Assembly (NCBI GenBank): GCA_963843575.1
Contig: CAWJKZ010000021.1
Span: 224,001-288,000 of the forward strand
Length of the DNA stretch: 64,000 bases
Direction of reading: 5' to 3'
From: an uncultured Acidobacteriota bacterium
GTDB taxonomy: Bacteria; Acidobacteriota; UBA6911
Of this stretch, positions 10,245-19,823 are shown piece by piece. Under the pieces are notes generated by a model, which had not been told where the DNA came from, searched no databases, and saw only the letters and a program-made list of their open reading frames with translations. The first letter of the stretch is position 1. Each line of letters starts with the position of its first letter. Position numbers and translations under genes: made by a program.

Positions 10245-10871
10245 CTATCGCCGGTAGAGGAATCGAACCGAGTCCGCGCAGTTCGTCCACGAGGTCAGGG
10301 AGTGGCCGTTTTTGTCCTTGTCGGTCATCAGGGCCCCCCCTTGGCGCAGGCTGTCGAACTGGGCCCTCAGCCCGGCATCGCACAGGGACCAGTCCGCGTC
10401 GGGGGCCAAGGGGGAAATGCCCGCTTCGCATCCGGGGCTGTATTCCCCTGAGCAGAAATACTCAATCGATGTCGGTTCGGTGAAGAAATTGCCGTGCGCG
10501 AACCCCACCGGAACCCAGATCCACTCGGCGAACGGGCGCTCGGGCGACGCGGGCATGTCGTAAGCCAGGATTTTCCCGAACGTCGGCGACCCCTGGCGGA
10601 TGTCCAGGACCAGGTCCACCATGCGCCCGCTCAGCGTCCGCACGAGCTTCCCCATGTAGGGATTCCACTGGAAGTGCAGGCCGCGGATTGTTCCCGCCCT
10701 CGAAAAGCTCTCGTTGGCCTGCAGGAATCGCACTCCTTCCATGAAGGGCAGGCCGTCGAAATCGCTCCTGCGGAAGTGCTCCGTGAAGTAACCCCGGTGA
10801 TCGTGGAAGCGGGCGAAACGGATCACCCGGATCTCCGGCATGGCCAGGCTTTTCACATCGACAATTTTCAC
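10245..10871 (-). CDS. rfbC: dTDP-4-dehydrorhamnose 3,5-epimerase
   Basis: DHRGYFTE, QANESFS..GTIRGLHFQ, GKLVR, DIRQGSPTFGK, WVPVGFAHG. GTG start with an RBS. Confidence 0.92.
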   Translation of the reverse strand: MKIVDVKSLAMPEIRVIRFARFHDHRGYFTEHFRRSDFDGLPFMEGVRFLQANESFSRAGTIRGLHFQWNPYMGKLVRTLSGRMVDLVLDIRQGSPTFGKILAYDMPASPERPFAEWIWVPVGFAHGNFFTEPTSIEYFCSGEYSPGCEAGISPLAPDADWSLCDAGLRAQFDSLRQGGALMTDKDKNGHSLTSWTNCADSVRFLYRR

Positions 10872-11176
10872 CGCCGCTCCCCCCTGACACTCCGCTCCAG
10901 TGTTGTGCGAGTTTAGCGCCGGCACTCTCACGGGAGCGGGCCCCGCACGTGCCCTCCCCGGTCTTCGAGAGTCTCGTCCGCGCTAGTCGAAACGGGCCAT
11001 ACTATCAGATTCCGCGTTTTCCTCGGTACGCGTCTTGATCGGCCGCACGCTTAACTGCCAGGCGGACTTCACTTTCTGAATGAGTAATTGTTCAAGTGCC
11101 CGCACCGGATTGCCGATGAATAGCGTGGGTTGCGTCGAGATCCCGGTTTCATTCACTGAACGGAAGGCGGGTGTGC

Positions 11177-12250
11177 ATGAAGAAGATCTTGCTGGTCGGG
11201 GGCGCGGGTTACATCGGATCGGTGCTGGCCCACGAACTCCTCGAGAGAGGGTACGCGGTGCGGATCCTGGACCGCATGTATTTCGGGGATCAGGGACTGG
11301 CCGACATCCGCGACCGGGTCGAGGTGGTCGTGGCGGACATGCGTACGCCGCCCGCATATGCCCTGGACAACGTCGAAGCAGTGGTCAACATCGCGGGACT
11401 CTCCAACGATCCCACTGCGGAATACAACCCTGCCGCCAACTACGCCATGAACACGACGGCGAGCGTCACGCTCGCCAGGGAGTGCATGCAGCGCGGCGTT
11501 CGAAGGTACATCTACGCGTCCTCCTGCTCGATCTACGATTACGGCGTACTGGACCAGAACCAGGACCTCATCCTGGACGAGACCGCGGCGGTCAATCCGC
11601 GGGCGGCATACTCGAGCTCGAAATTCGCCGCCGAGAAGGAACTGCTGCCGCTGGCCTCCGACAAGTTCTGCGTGTCGGTGCTGCGCAAAGGCACGTTGTT
11701 CGGCTTCTCCCCACGGATGCGCTACGACCTGGTGGTCAACACGTTCGTGAAAGACGCCCTGAGCAAGGGAGAAATGCGGCTGCACTACGGCGGGGAGATG
11801 TGGCGCCCGCTGGTGGAGATCCGCGACGCCGCCCGTGCTTACATCGCTCTGATCCAGGCAGAGTCCGAGGCCGTCAACGGGCAGATCTTCAACCTGGTCT
11901 ATGGGAACATGCGGATCAGCGAGCTTGCCCTGCGGATCCGCGAGGTGCTGCGCGAGCTCGACGTCAAGGTCGAAGTCAAGGCGGACTATGCCTACAAGGG
12001 GGTGCGCAACTACCGGGTGACCGGTGAGAAGCTCTATCGCGTGCTGAACTTCAGGCCCAAGGTCTCCGTCGAGGAATCGGTGCGCAACCTGGTCCAGGAA
12101 ATCCGCCGGTCGCGCTATACCGATTTCGAGAATCCCCGCTATTACAACATCGCCTGGATGCGTCTGCTGGAAGAGGCCAACAAGATCGTTCAGATTACCG
12201 GATCGGTCTTTGACGCGCGGGAGGCGCCGGACCTCGCCCGGAGCGCCTAG
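11177..12250 (+). CDS. NAD-dependent nucleotide-sugar epimerase/dehydratase (extended SDR)
   Basis: GGAGYIGS, ASSCSIY, YSSSK, FGFSPRMRYDLVVN, WRPL. Confidence 0.92.
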   Translation: MKKILLVGGAGYIGSVLAHELLERGYAVRILDRMYFGDQGLADIRDRVEVVVADMRTPPAYALDNVEAVVNIAGLSNDPTAEYNPAANYAMNTTASVTLARECMQRGVRRYIYASSCSIYDYGVLDQNQDLILDETAAVNPRAAYSSSKFAAEKELLPLASDKFCVSVLRKGTLFGFSPRMRYDLVVNTFVKDALSKGEMRLHYGGEMWRPLVEIRDAARAYIALIQAESEAVNGQIFNLVYGNMRISELALRIREVLRELDVKVEVKADYAYKGVRNYRVTGEKLYRVLNFRPKVSVEESVRNLVQEIRRSRYTDFENPRYYNIAWMRLLEEANKIVQITGSVFDAREAPDLARSA

Positions 12251-12339
12251 TTCGGCCACGGGCCGACGTGGATTGTCTTTGGCCGGTCCGGACGCACGGA
12301 TCCGGACCTGAATGTGCGCGATTGAAAGATGAAGGTGCG

Positions 12340-13245
12340 ATGAGCAGACTGGTGGTCGTCATTGGCTCGAATGGGCAGCTGGGTTCGGACCTGATGCGTT
12401 TGTGGCCCGTGAACCCTGCCGGCCCCAGTCTGCGCGGCTTCACCCACGCGGAAATCGAGATCTCCGACGCCGCGTCGGTCCAAGCGGCGCTGATGCCGCT
12501 CTCCCCCGGGGTGGTGGTCAATACGGCGGCCTGCCACCGCGTCGACGACATCGAAGCCGCTCCCGGGAGAGCATTTGAGGTCAACGTGCTGGGCCCGAGA
12601 AACCTGGCCGAGGCATGTCGGGCGCTCGACGCCGTCCTCGTCCACATCAGCACGGACTACGTGTTCTCCGGGAAGAAAGGTGCCCCGTACTGGGAGTGCG
12701 ACCCCGTGGACCCGGTCAACATGTACGGCATCAGCAAGGCCGCCGGCGAGATGGCGATCCGCTCCTTGTGGCCCCGGCACTTCATCGTGCGCACCAGCGG
12801 GCTTTACGGCGCGGCCGGCCCGTCCGGGAAGGGGAGCAACTTTATCGAGCTGATGCTGCGGCTGGCCCGTTCCGGCAAGCCGATACGGGTGGTGGACGAC
12901 CAGACCCTGACCCCGACACCGACGGCGTCCCTGGCGCCGCAGATCGCCCTGCTTTGCGGACAGGGGCACTACGGCACCTACCACGCCACGTGCCAGGGGT
13001 CGTGCTCCTGGTTCGATTTTGCGGCGGCGATCTTCGGCTTGGCCGGACTGACGCCGGATCTTGGTCGCCAATCGACCCGTCAGTCGGGGGCCCGTGCCGC
13101 CCGTCCTTCGTTCTCGGTCCTGGAAAACCGCAATCTCGCGCTCCTGGGGATCGACCGCATGCCACCGTGGCGGCGCGCGCTCGAGGAGTACCTGGAAACC
13201 CGGCGCAGCCGCGCCGAAAGCCGCGAGTTCTGTTCAAACGCTTGA
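12340..13245 (+). CDS. rfbD: dTDP-4-dehydrorhamnose reductase
   Basis: GSNGQLG, HISTDYVFSG, YGISKAAGE, VVDDQ..TPT, RPSFSVL. Confidence 0.93.
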   Translation: MSRLVVVIGSNGQLGSDLMRLWPVNPAGPSLRGFTHAEIEISDAASVQAALMPLSPGVVVNTAACHRVDDIEAAPGRAFEVNVLGPRNLAEACRALDAVLVHISTDYVFSGKKGAPYWECDPVDPVNMYGISKAAGEMAIRSLWPRHFIVRTSGLYGAAGPSGKGSNFIELMLRLARSGKPIRVVDDQTLTPTPTASLAPQIALLCGQGHYGTYHATCQGSCSWFDFAAAIFGLAGLTPDLGRQSTRQSGARAARPSFSVLENRNLALLGIDRMPPWRRALEEYLETRRSRAESREFCSNA

Positions 13246-13265
13246 GCCCGTCCCCGGAGGTGTCG

Positions 13266-14996
13266 ATGCCTGCCGCCGCCCCGTCCTTTGTCCTCGTCCC
13301 AAGGTGCGTCCCCTGGGATGCCTTCACGGAATTCCTCGGCGGAATCCGGAAGCGGTTCCCCGGCTGCCGCATGGCGGTCTTCGAGGCGAACCCCGGCAAC
13401 CTGCGGCGCTACGCCCCGGGGATCCAGGTACTCCAGTACCGCGGCGCGCGCTTCTTCGAGTCGGACATGCGCGCACAACTCGAGGGGAAACTGGACTGGA
13501 GGAGTTGCGCAGCCGTGGTGGTGCCTCTGGGCAACGACGAAGGCAGGGGTTACGAACAGCTCATCGGCTTTGCCCGTGGTTGCTCCGGGATTCCCGCCTT
13601 CGTGATGGCCCCTGATTTGAGCCTTAGGTCGGTTTCTTATGCGCCGGCGGTCGCCACTCCCGCTACCGGCGGCGCCTCCCTGGAAAGGGCCGTGCTCGGT
13701 TGCTTCCGCGCTCGAGACGGTGCGCTCGCGATCGTGGGCCGGCTCCCCGACGGCGGCTCGCCGGCGGAACGGCTTGCCGTGTGCAGCGACTCCGGTCCCG
13801 CGCAGGTCGAAGCCACGGTGTTCCGCTATCCCTGCCCGGATTACGGCGCACCGGGCGAGGAGGCCGGGATCGCGGTCTTCATCCCACCGGGGATTCCCGC
13901 GTTGGGCCTGCGGATCCGTTGCCCCGGGGGGAGCGAGTTCAAGATCGACCCCGACACTCCCTCGGACCCGTCGGCGCTCATGGAGGAGTTTGTCGTCGCC
14001 TTCAACCGCTGCCGCCACGCCGCGAGCCGTGACGTCGAGCGGCGCCGGAGGGTCGAAGAGCACTTCCTGGGCGTGATCACGGCCTTGAACGCAGCGGCGA
14101 ACGACGCCGTGAGCGTCATCGCGGAGCACCAGTTTGGCGTCGCCCCGGCGCATCCCAAGGTCAGCATCGTCGTGCCGTTTTTTGGGGCCTACGATTTAAT
14201 CCGGCACCAGCTTTCTGATTTTTCCTCCGACGCGTTCCTGAAGCAGCAGGAACTGATCCTGGTGCTTCACCGCGTCGACGACGAGCAAGACGACCTGGAC
14301 CGGTTCAAGGTCAGGCTACACCGGTTGCACGATCTCTATGGCGTTCCGGTGCGGCTTTTGGTGACCAATCGCACGTGCGGTTTCAGCATGGCGTGCAACA
14401 TCGGGGCGACCGCCGCACGCGCGGACTGCCTGCTCCTGCTCAACTCCGACGTGTTTCCCAAGACCCAGGGCTGGCTGGAGATGCTGGTCTCGGATTTGGG
14501 AAGCGACCCCTCCGCCGGGATCGTCGGGGCGCGGCTGCTTTACCCAGACGAGTCGGTGCAGCACGTCGGGCTGACGTGGCGCCGCGATCCCGCCCTGCAG
14601 GACCTTCCGGTGAACTATCATCCGTATAAGGGAATGAGCCCGACCCTGGTGCCGTGCGGCGGGCTGGCCGAGGTGCACGCGGTCACCGGGGCCTGCATGA
14701 TGTTCAGGACCGCCGAATACCGGGCCCTTGGGATGCTCGACACCGGCTTCATCCGGGGCGACTACGAGGACTCGGATATCTGCCTTCGCTTCAGGGCGCG
14801 AGGCATGAGGACGGTCTGCGACAACCGGGTCGAGCTCTATCACCTGGAGGGGGCGTCGTGGGCCTCTGACCTGCGCCACTCGCTGCACTTCGTCAACGCC
14901 CGGCGGCACGAACAGAGGTGGGGCCGGGTCATCTCCGAACTGATCGCCCAACCTCACCGCGAGGGCTCCGGGGACGCAGCGACCGCGGCGAGGTGA
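13266..14996 (+). CDS. GT2 glycosyltransferase (WbbL-like rhamnosyltransferase type) with a long N-terminal extension
   Basis: KVSIVVP, GFSMACNIG, LLLNSDV, GARLLYPDESVQHVG, VTGACMM, YEDSDICLR, YHLEGAS. GGAGG RBS. Confidence 0.88.
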   Translation: MPAAAPSFVLVPRCVPWDAFTEFLGGIRKRFPGCRMAVFEANPGNLRRYAPGIQVLQYRGARFFESDMRAQLEGKLDWRSCAAVVVPLGNDEGRGYEQLIGFARGCSGIPAFVMAPDLSLRSVSYAPAVATPATGGASLERAVLGCFRARDGALAIVGRLPDGGSPAERLAVCSDSGPAQVEATVFRYPCPDYGAPGEEAGIAVFIPPGIPALGLRIRCPGGSEFKIDPDTPSDPSALMEEFVVAFNRCRHAASRDVERRRRVEEHFLGVITALNAAANDAVSVIAEHQFGVAPAHPKVSIVVPFFGAYDLIRHQLSDFSSDAFLKQQELILVLHRVDDEQDDLDRFKVRLHRLHDLYGVPVRLLVTNRTCGFSMACNIGATAARADCLLLLNSDVFPKTQGWLEMLVSDLGSDPSAGIVGARLLYPDESVQHVGLTWRRDPALQDLPVNYHPYKGMSPTLVPCGGLAEVHAVTGACMMFRTAEYRALGMLDTGFIRGDYEDSDICLRFRARGMRTVCDNRVELYHLEGASWASDLRHSLHFVNARRHEQRWGRVISELIAQPHREGSGDAATAAR

Positions 14997-15016
14997 ATAT
15001 GCGAAACACGAACAAC

Positions 15017-15098
15017 AACTTGTCACGGAAGACACGGAAAAAAACACGGAAAGCACGGAAAAACACGATATCTTCTTCCGTGTCCTCCGTGACAAGTT
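15017..15098. repeat. Family B inverted repeat (23-bp arms) enclosing CACGGAA units; likely a bidirectional terminator
   Basis: AACTTGTCACGGAAGACACGGAA / TTCCGTGTCCTCCGTGACAAGTT, one mismatch, between convergent genes. Confidence 0.8.
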
Positions 15099-15138
15099 TT
15101 TTGTCGTTGCGTCCTGTTCCCCGCGAGTACCCGCACCG

Positions 15139-17572
15139 CTACGGTTCGCGTTCGTAAACGAGGATGGAATCCTGGTCCATCGCCGCGACGTACAGCCGGC
15201 CGCGATGGACCCACATGCCCTGTGCGAAGCAGGTGAGCGGAGTCCTGTCGAATTCGGCCCCTTCGGGCGTGAACAGCTTGAGGCAGCGGTTCCAGCGGTT
15301 CTGAGCCACGGCGACGGCGCCGTCTTCGAATTGAGCGACGCTTTCCGGGGCGAAAAGCGCGTCGCGGCCTAGGCCGCAGCGGCCAATCGCCTGAACGCAG
15401 CGCCCTGCCGGGTCGACCCGCTGGACGCGGTGGTTATTCCGGTCCACGACCCAGAGACTCCCCTCCAGCCCGGGGCTCAGCTGCGTCGGATGGCGGAACT
15501 CTCCCAGCCCAGTTCCCTCGGCCCTGACGAGCGTGTCCCAGGACCCGTCAGGTCGAAACCGCACGATTCCGTTTCCGGAGTCGCTGACGAGCATCGCCCC
15601 GTCCGCCATTCTGCCAATGCCGAAGGGATGGCCATCCTGCCAGGGGGAGTCTCCGCCCGGGGGAACGTGATACGCGGCGCCGCGGTCCAGGTCCAGCACC
15701 TCAACGCTCCGGTTCTCGGCATCGACGACCCAGAGCCGCCCCACGTCATCGAACGCAATGCCTGCCGGTCTCTGAAACGCCCGGGCCGCGGTTTTCGGTT
15801 TTGCGATGCGGCGGAGGACACCGCCCTCGGGTTGGACTTCCAAGACCTCGTGGCCTCGATTGAGGCTTACGAAGAGCCGCCCGTCGTGGAAGGAGATGCA
15901 GTGAGGGTGAAGGGGTTCCGGGCCGGTGCCGAGCGGGATCCTGAGGACCTCCCGCAGCCGTGACGGCTTCGGCTTGTAGCTCCTCCGGGACCTGCGGAAG
16001 GCCGCGTGGCCCGGGGCGCGCGCTTTGTCGCGCAGTACCTCGGGCAGGGGCAGCAGCCAGGGGAGGGGCAGAAGCTCCTGGGTCCCCTCGACGACCCCCG
16101 ACCAGCGATAGATCCACTCCAGGACGCCCATGAAGTGTGCTTCGAAAGCCGCACCTGCCTGGCGCCACGACTCCGTCCGGAGTCGATCGGACAGGCTGGT
16201 GACGCCGAGCGTCCGGGCGCGGATGTCTTCCAGCCGCGCGGCGGCCGGCGCGAACCTGTCGAAGATTGGGCGCACAAGGGGCGCCCACACCTTTGTCGCT
16301 GCCGCGACAGCGTCGTGGTCGCCGGCCAGGCGGCTTTCGAGGACGCCCAGGCAGAAGTGGTGAAGGGCTTCGTGCACCGCCTGTTCGGCGGCTGCGCGTT
16401 TCTGCGCCAGATCGCGCAGGGCGGCAAGGGCGCGGTCTGGAGCGTCCGACGCATCCTGGTCACGTTCCGGGCTCAGCGCTTCGTCCGCCAGCGCCGAGGG
16501 CGTGGTCCACCAGGTCCGCCCATTCCCGGATCGACACACCCGGTGCGTCGGAGTCGATCCGCCTGAGTTCAGCCTGGGCCGTCCGCCGCAGGGGTGTCCG
16601 AATGTCGAGGAGCCGCGGCTCGGGCCGCATCGGATGGACGCCGCTGCCGGTCCACCGCTCCATCCGCTCGCCGCAGCGGAGCCAGAACTCTCCGCCCGAA
16701 TTGCTGGTCGGGACAGGGACGCCGGAGGTTTCGAGCGTCTGCCGGAGTTCCCCGTCCCAGCCGTAGAACAGGAGGCGGCGGCGGTCCCAGCCGATCAGTC
16801 CCCACTCGTCCGCGGACACCCAGTCGAGCGGCGTTTCCGCGCTGACCCGCACGGGGAGCAGATTCCCGAGAAGGACCTGCTTGAGCGTGCGTGAGGAGGG
16901 TTCCCACACGTACAGTGCGTTCTCCGAGTCTCCGAGAATGCGCTCCGGGTAATAGGTGAAGTCGAGGGCGGGGAAGTCCTTGAGCAGTCCGGTCTGCTCA
17001 AGCTCGCTTTCGAGAAACAGGCCGGGAACCACCCAGCGGTTCTCCACAGCCGGAGGGAGGGCTCTTCCGATCTCGAAGAGCAGCTGTCCGCGCAGGGACA
17101 TTGCGCAGAGCCGGTGATTGCCCCTGTCCAGCACGAGCCAGAAGCTCATCGGTTTGGCCACGCGCTCGCTGTTGAAGTCGCCGGCGACGAACCGCACGTC
17201 GGCGACTTCCCCGAATCGGTCTCTGTCCCGCGCCGGTCCAGAGTCAGCAACGGGTTTCCAGCCAGATCGAGGAATTGCACGCGCCGGTTCCAGGCGTCGC
17301 AGACGGCGAGGCAGCGCACGGTTTCGCCGTTCTTCTCAACCCAGCCGATGGACAAGCCGCGGGGATAGTGAAAGGCGCCCGGCCGCGTTGCCGCGGGCCG
17401 TTCTCTGCCACCGGATCTCGCCGCTGCCGTCCAGGGAGCAGACGCTGTGGTTGATCTCGTCCGAGTAGTAGACTTCGCCGGCGGGGCCCGAGACGATCGT
17501 GTGGATCGGGCCGGGTTGGTGACCGCCCGAGCGGGGCAGCGGTATCGACTGAGCCAGACGGGGTGGTCCCAT
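15139..17572 (-). CDS. Large NHL-repeat (beta-propeller) protein, frameshifted
   Basis: NHL motifs (YYSDEINH, FHYPRGL, CDAWNRRVQF, DRGNHRL, FQRPAGIAFD, FRHPTQL, VDRNNHRVQ) spread over consecutive frames, switching near 17380, 17230 and 16500. Confidence 0.7.
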
Positions 17573-17576
17573 ACGA

Positions 17577-18727
17577 TTAGCCACGCAAATGTCCGGTGCG
17601 CTTCGAGCCGAGCGCCTGGAGGTAGATCTGTTCCAGGTGGGCAGTTGTCTTGCGCGCGTCGAACGAGCGGCGCGCGAACTGTTCGCCGGCGCGTCCCAGC
17701 CCGATGCGCTTCGGCCGGTCGAACCTGGCCATGGTGAGGATTTCCGCGGAGAGCACCGGGGCGCATTCCGGCGGGACGACGGTGCCGAATGGGGCGGCGG
17801 CAAGGAGCTCGGGGACGCCGCCCACCCCCGTGGCCACGATGGGGAGTCCGGCCAGCATCGCTTCCAGGAGGACCACGGGCAGGTTGTCCGACCGACTGGC
17901 AAGGGCGAAGAGGTCGAAGTCCCCCAGCCGTGCGTACGGGTTGAAGACCGCTCCGTAAAAGACGAGGCGTTTCATGGAGGGATCGACGTGCGCCGCCCAG
18001 CGCCGCAGTTGGGCGGCCGAATCGCCGTCTCCCATGATGTGCAGCTCGGCGCGCGGGAACTCGCTCCAGACTGCCGGCATCGCTTCGAGCAGGAGATCGA
18101 CCCCCTTGCGGGAAGTCAGCTCGCAGACCGTGACGATTCGGAACGGTTCGGGGGCGGTGCGCTCCGGCACCGGGTATGCGGGGAACCGTTCGAGGTCGAG
18201 GCCCATCGGGATGAGCTGCGGGGCGCGGACGCCCAGGTCGTGGCTCAGCCGTCCCGCCCAGTGGCGCGAGTAGGTGAGGACCGCGTCGCACAGCTGGTAG
18301 GCGAGAGCGTCCTGGAGGTCCATGTCGGCCGACCGCCCGGCTCCCCAGCCGTGACAGGTCGCGACCAGGGCGCCGGGTTGCGCCCAGTGACCGACCGCGG
18401 CGGCCATCGCCGTGTGGGCGTGTACCACGGAAGGACCGCGAGTGTGGCTGGAGGACGCGTCCCAGTTTTTCCGAGGCGTTGCCGCAGCGGACCCGTGCGG
18501 CGGTGGAAGAAATCACCCAGGGTGAGGACCTCGACGTGGTGGCGCGCCAGTTCGGCCACCAGTTCGGGGTCCGTGCGCCAGTGCGCGTCGGCGTCGTCGC
18601 TGACCCCGACGGTCACCCTGTGCCCTCGGCCACGGGCCTGCTCGATCGCGGCGTCGGCCACGACACGTCCCGCGCCCAGCCGCAGTTGCGGGATCACGTG
18701 AACGATCGTCAAAGGTTCGGCACTCAT
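17577..18727 (-). CDS. GT4 glycosyltransferase, frameshifted near 18430-18470
   Basis: IVHVIPQLRLGAGRVV joins VHAHT...KGVDLLLEA...SRSDNLPVVLLEAMLAGLPIVATGVGGVPE. Confidence 0.8.
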
Positions 18728-18746
18728 GTCGCTCCTGGTCCGGGCC

Positions 18747-19810
18747 TCACATCAGCACCGGGAAGATCGGCTCGCCCGCCGGATCCAACGCGCGGAGGGT
18801 CGGCTCCACCTCGAAGAAGTATTGCGTGGCCGCGATCAGCCGGTCGTAGGCGACTCCCCGGAGGGACGCGAGCGGGAGCACCGGCCTGTCCAGGAATGAT
18901 TCTCCGGAAGCCGCGGCGTTCGAGGAGGTGTAGGCCGCGATCCGGATGCCGCAGTCGTCGAGCACACGCGCCAGCCCGCGGGCCGCGACGCCCGTGCCGA
19001 ACACCGCGACCGTGCGGATGCCGTCGTGCTTTGAGCCGGCGCACGTAGTCCTGTTCGCGGGCGACGAGTTCCCGGTCCCAGACCCGCCGGTAAAGAGTGT
19101 AGTTGTGGTCCAGGTCCCACTTCCGGGTGATCTTCAGGGTGGCGGACTCCGCGTGAATGCTGACGGCCTGCGGGCTCGTAGAACGGTTGCAGGCCGGCCG
19201 CCCTTATCTTGAGGCAGAGGTCGATGTCCTCGACCCCCCAGATGTAGCGCTCGTCGAAGCCGCCGACCCTGTCGAAGACCTCGCGCGCCAGGCAGAGCAT
19301 CGCGCCCGTGAGCGCGAAGCGCTCGCACCGCCTGTTCACCCGTTCGTCCGAGGGGGAGGCACCCACCCCGTAGTTGGTCGGGTAGCCCCACAGCATCTGT
19401 CCTATCCCCGCGTGCTGGACGACCGTTTCGCCCGGGAACAGCAGCTTGGCCCCCGTGATGCCGATCCCCTCGTCTTCGCGCAACGGCGCCAGCAGCCGCT
19501 CGACGCTCTCGCGCCCGACGATGACGTCGTTGTTGAGGAACAGGAGCCATCGGCCCGAGGCTTCCGCGCACCCCGCGGTTGTTCGCCGGGAGAACGGGGT
19601 GTTGTCGTCGTTTCTGAGGATCCTGAAGCGCTGGAACCAGTCGGCGCACTCGGACAGCGCGCGGGTGTCGTCGGTGGAAGCGTTGTCCACCAGGATGACT
19701 TCGTGCTCCACGGTCGCCACGGCGCGGGACAGGCTCTCGAGGCAATTCCGGGTCATGGGAACGTTGTTGTGCATCAGGACGATGACGCTGAGGCTGTCCG
19801 ATTCGGTCAT
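18747..19810 (-). CDS. GT2 glycosyltransferase with a C-terminal Rossmann-like domain, frameshifted
   Basis: VILVDNASTD, LFLNNDV, VQHAG, TGAMLC, GGFDERY..EDIDLCLK. C-terminal FGTGVAARGLA lies in another frame. Confidence 0.78.
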
Positions 19811-19823
19811 TTTCCGGACTCCT

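Noticed and set aside
12615-13265. Long N-terminal extensions of the GT2 (12615), DUF1080 (2610) and AlkD-like (41652) ORFs
   Set aside because: They overlap real neighbouring genes in other frames, and better starts exist downstream.
15001-15100. CACGGAA repeats as a CRISPR array
   Set aside because: Units are about 9-12 nt with no unique spacers, they form an inverted repeat, and no cas genes are present.
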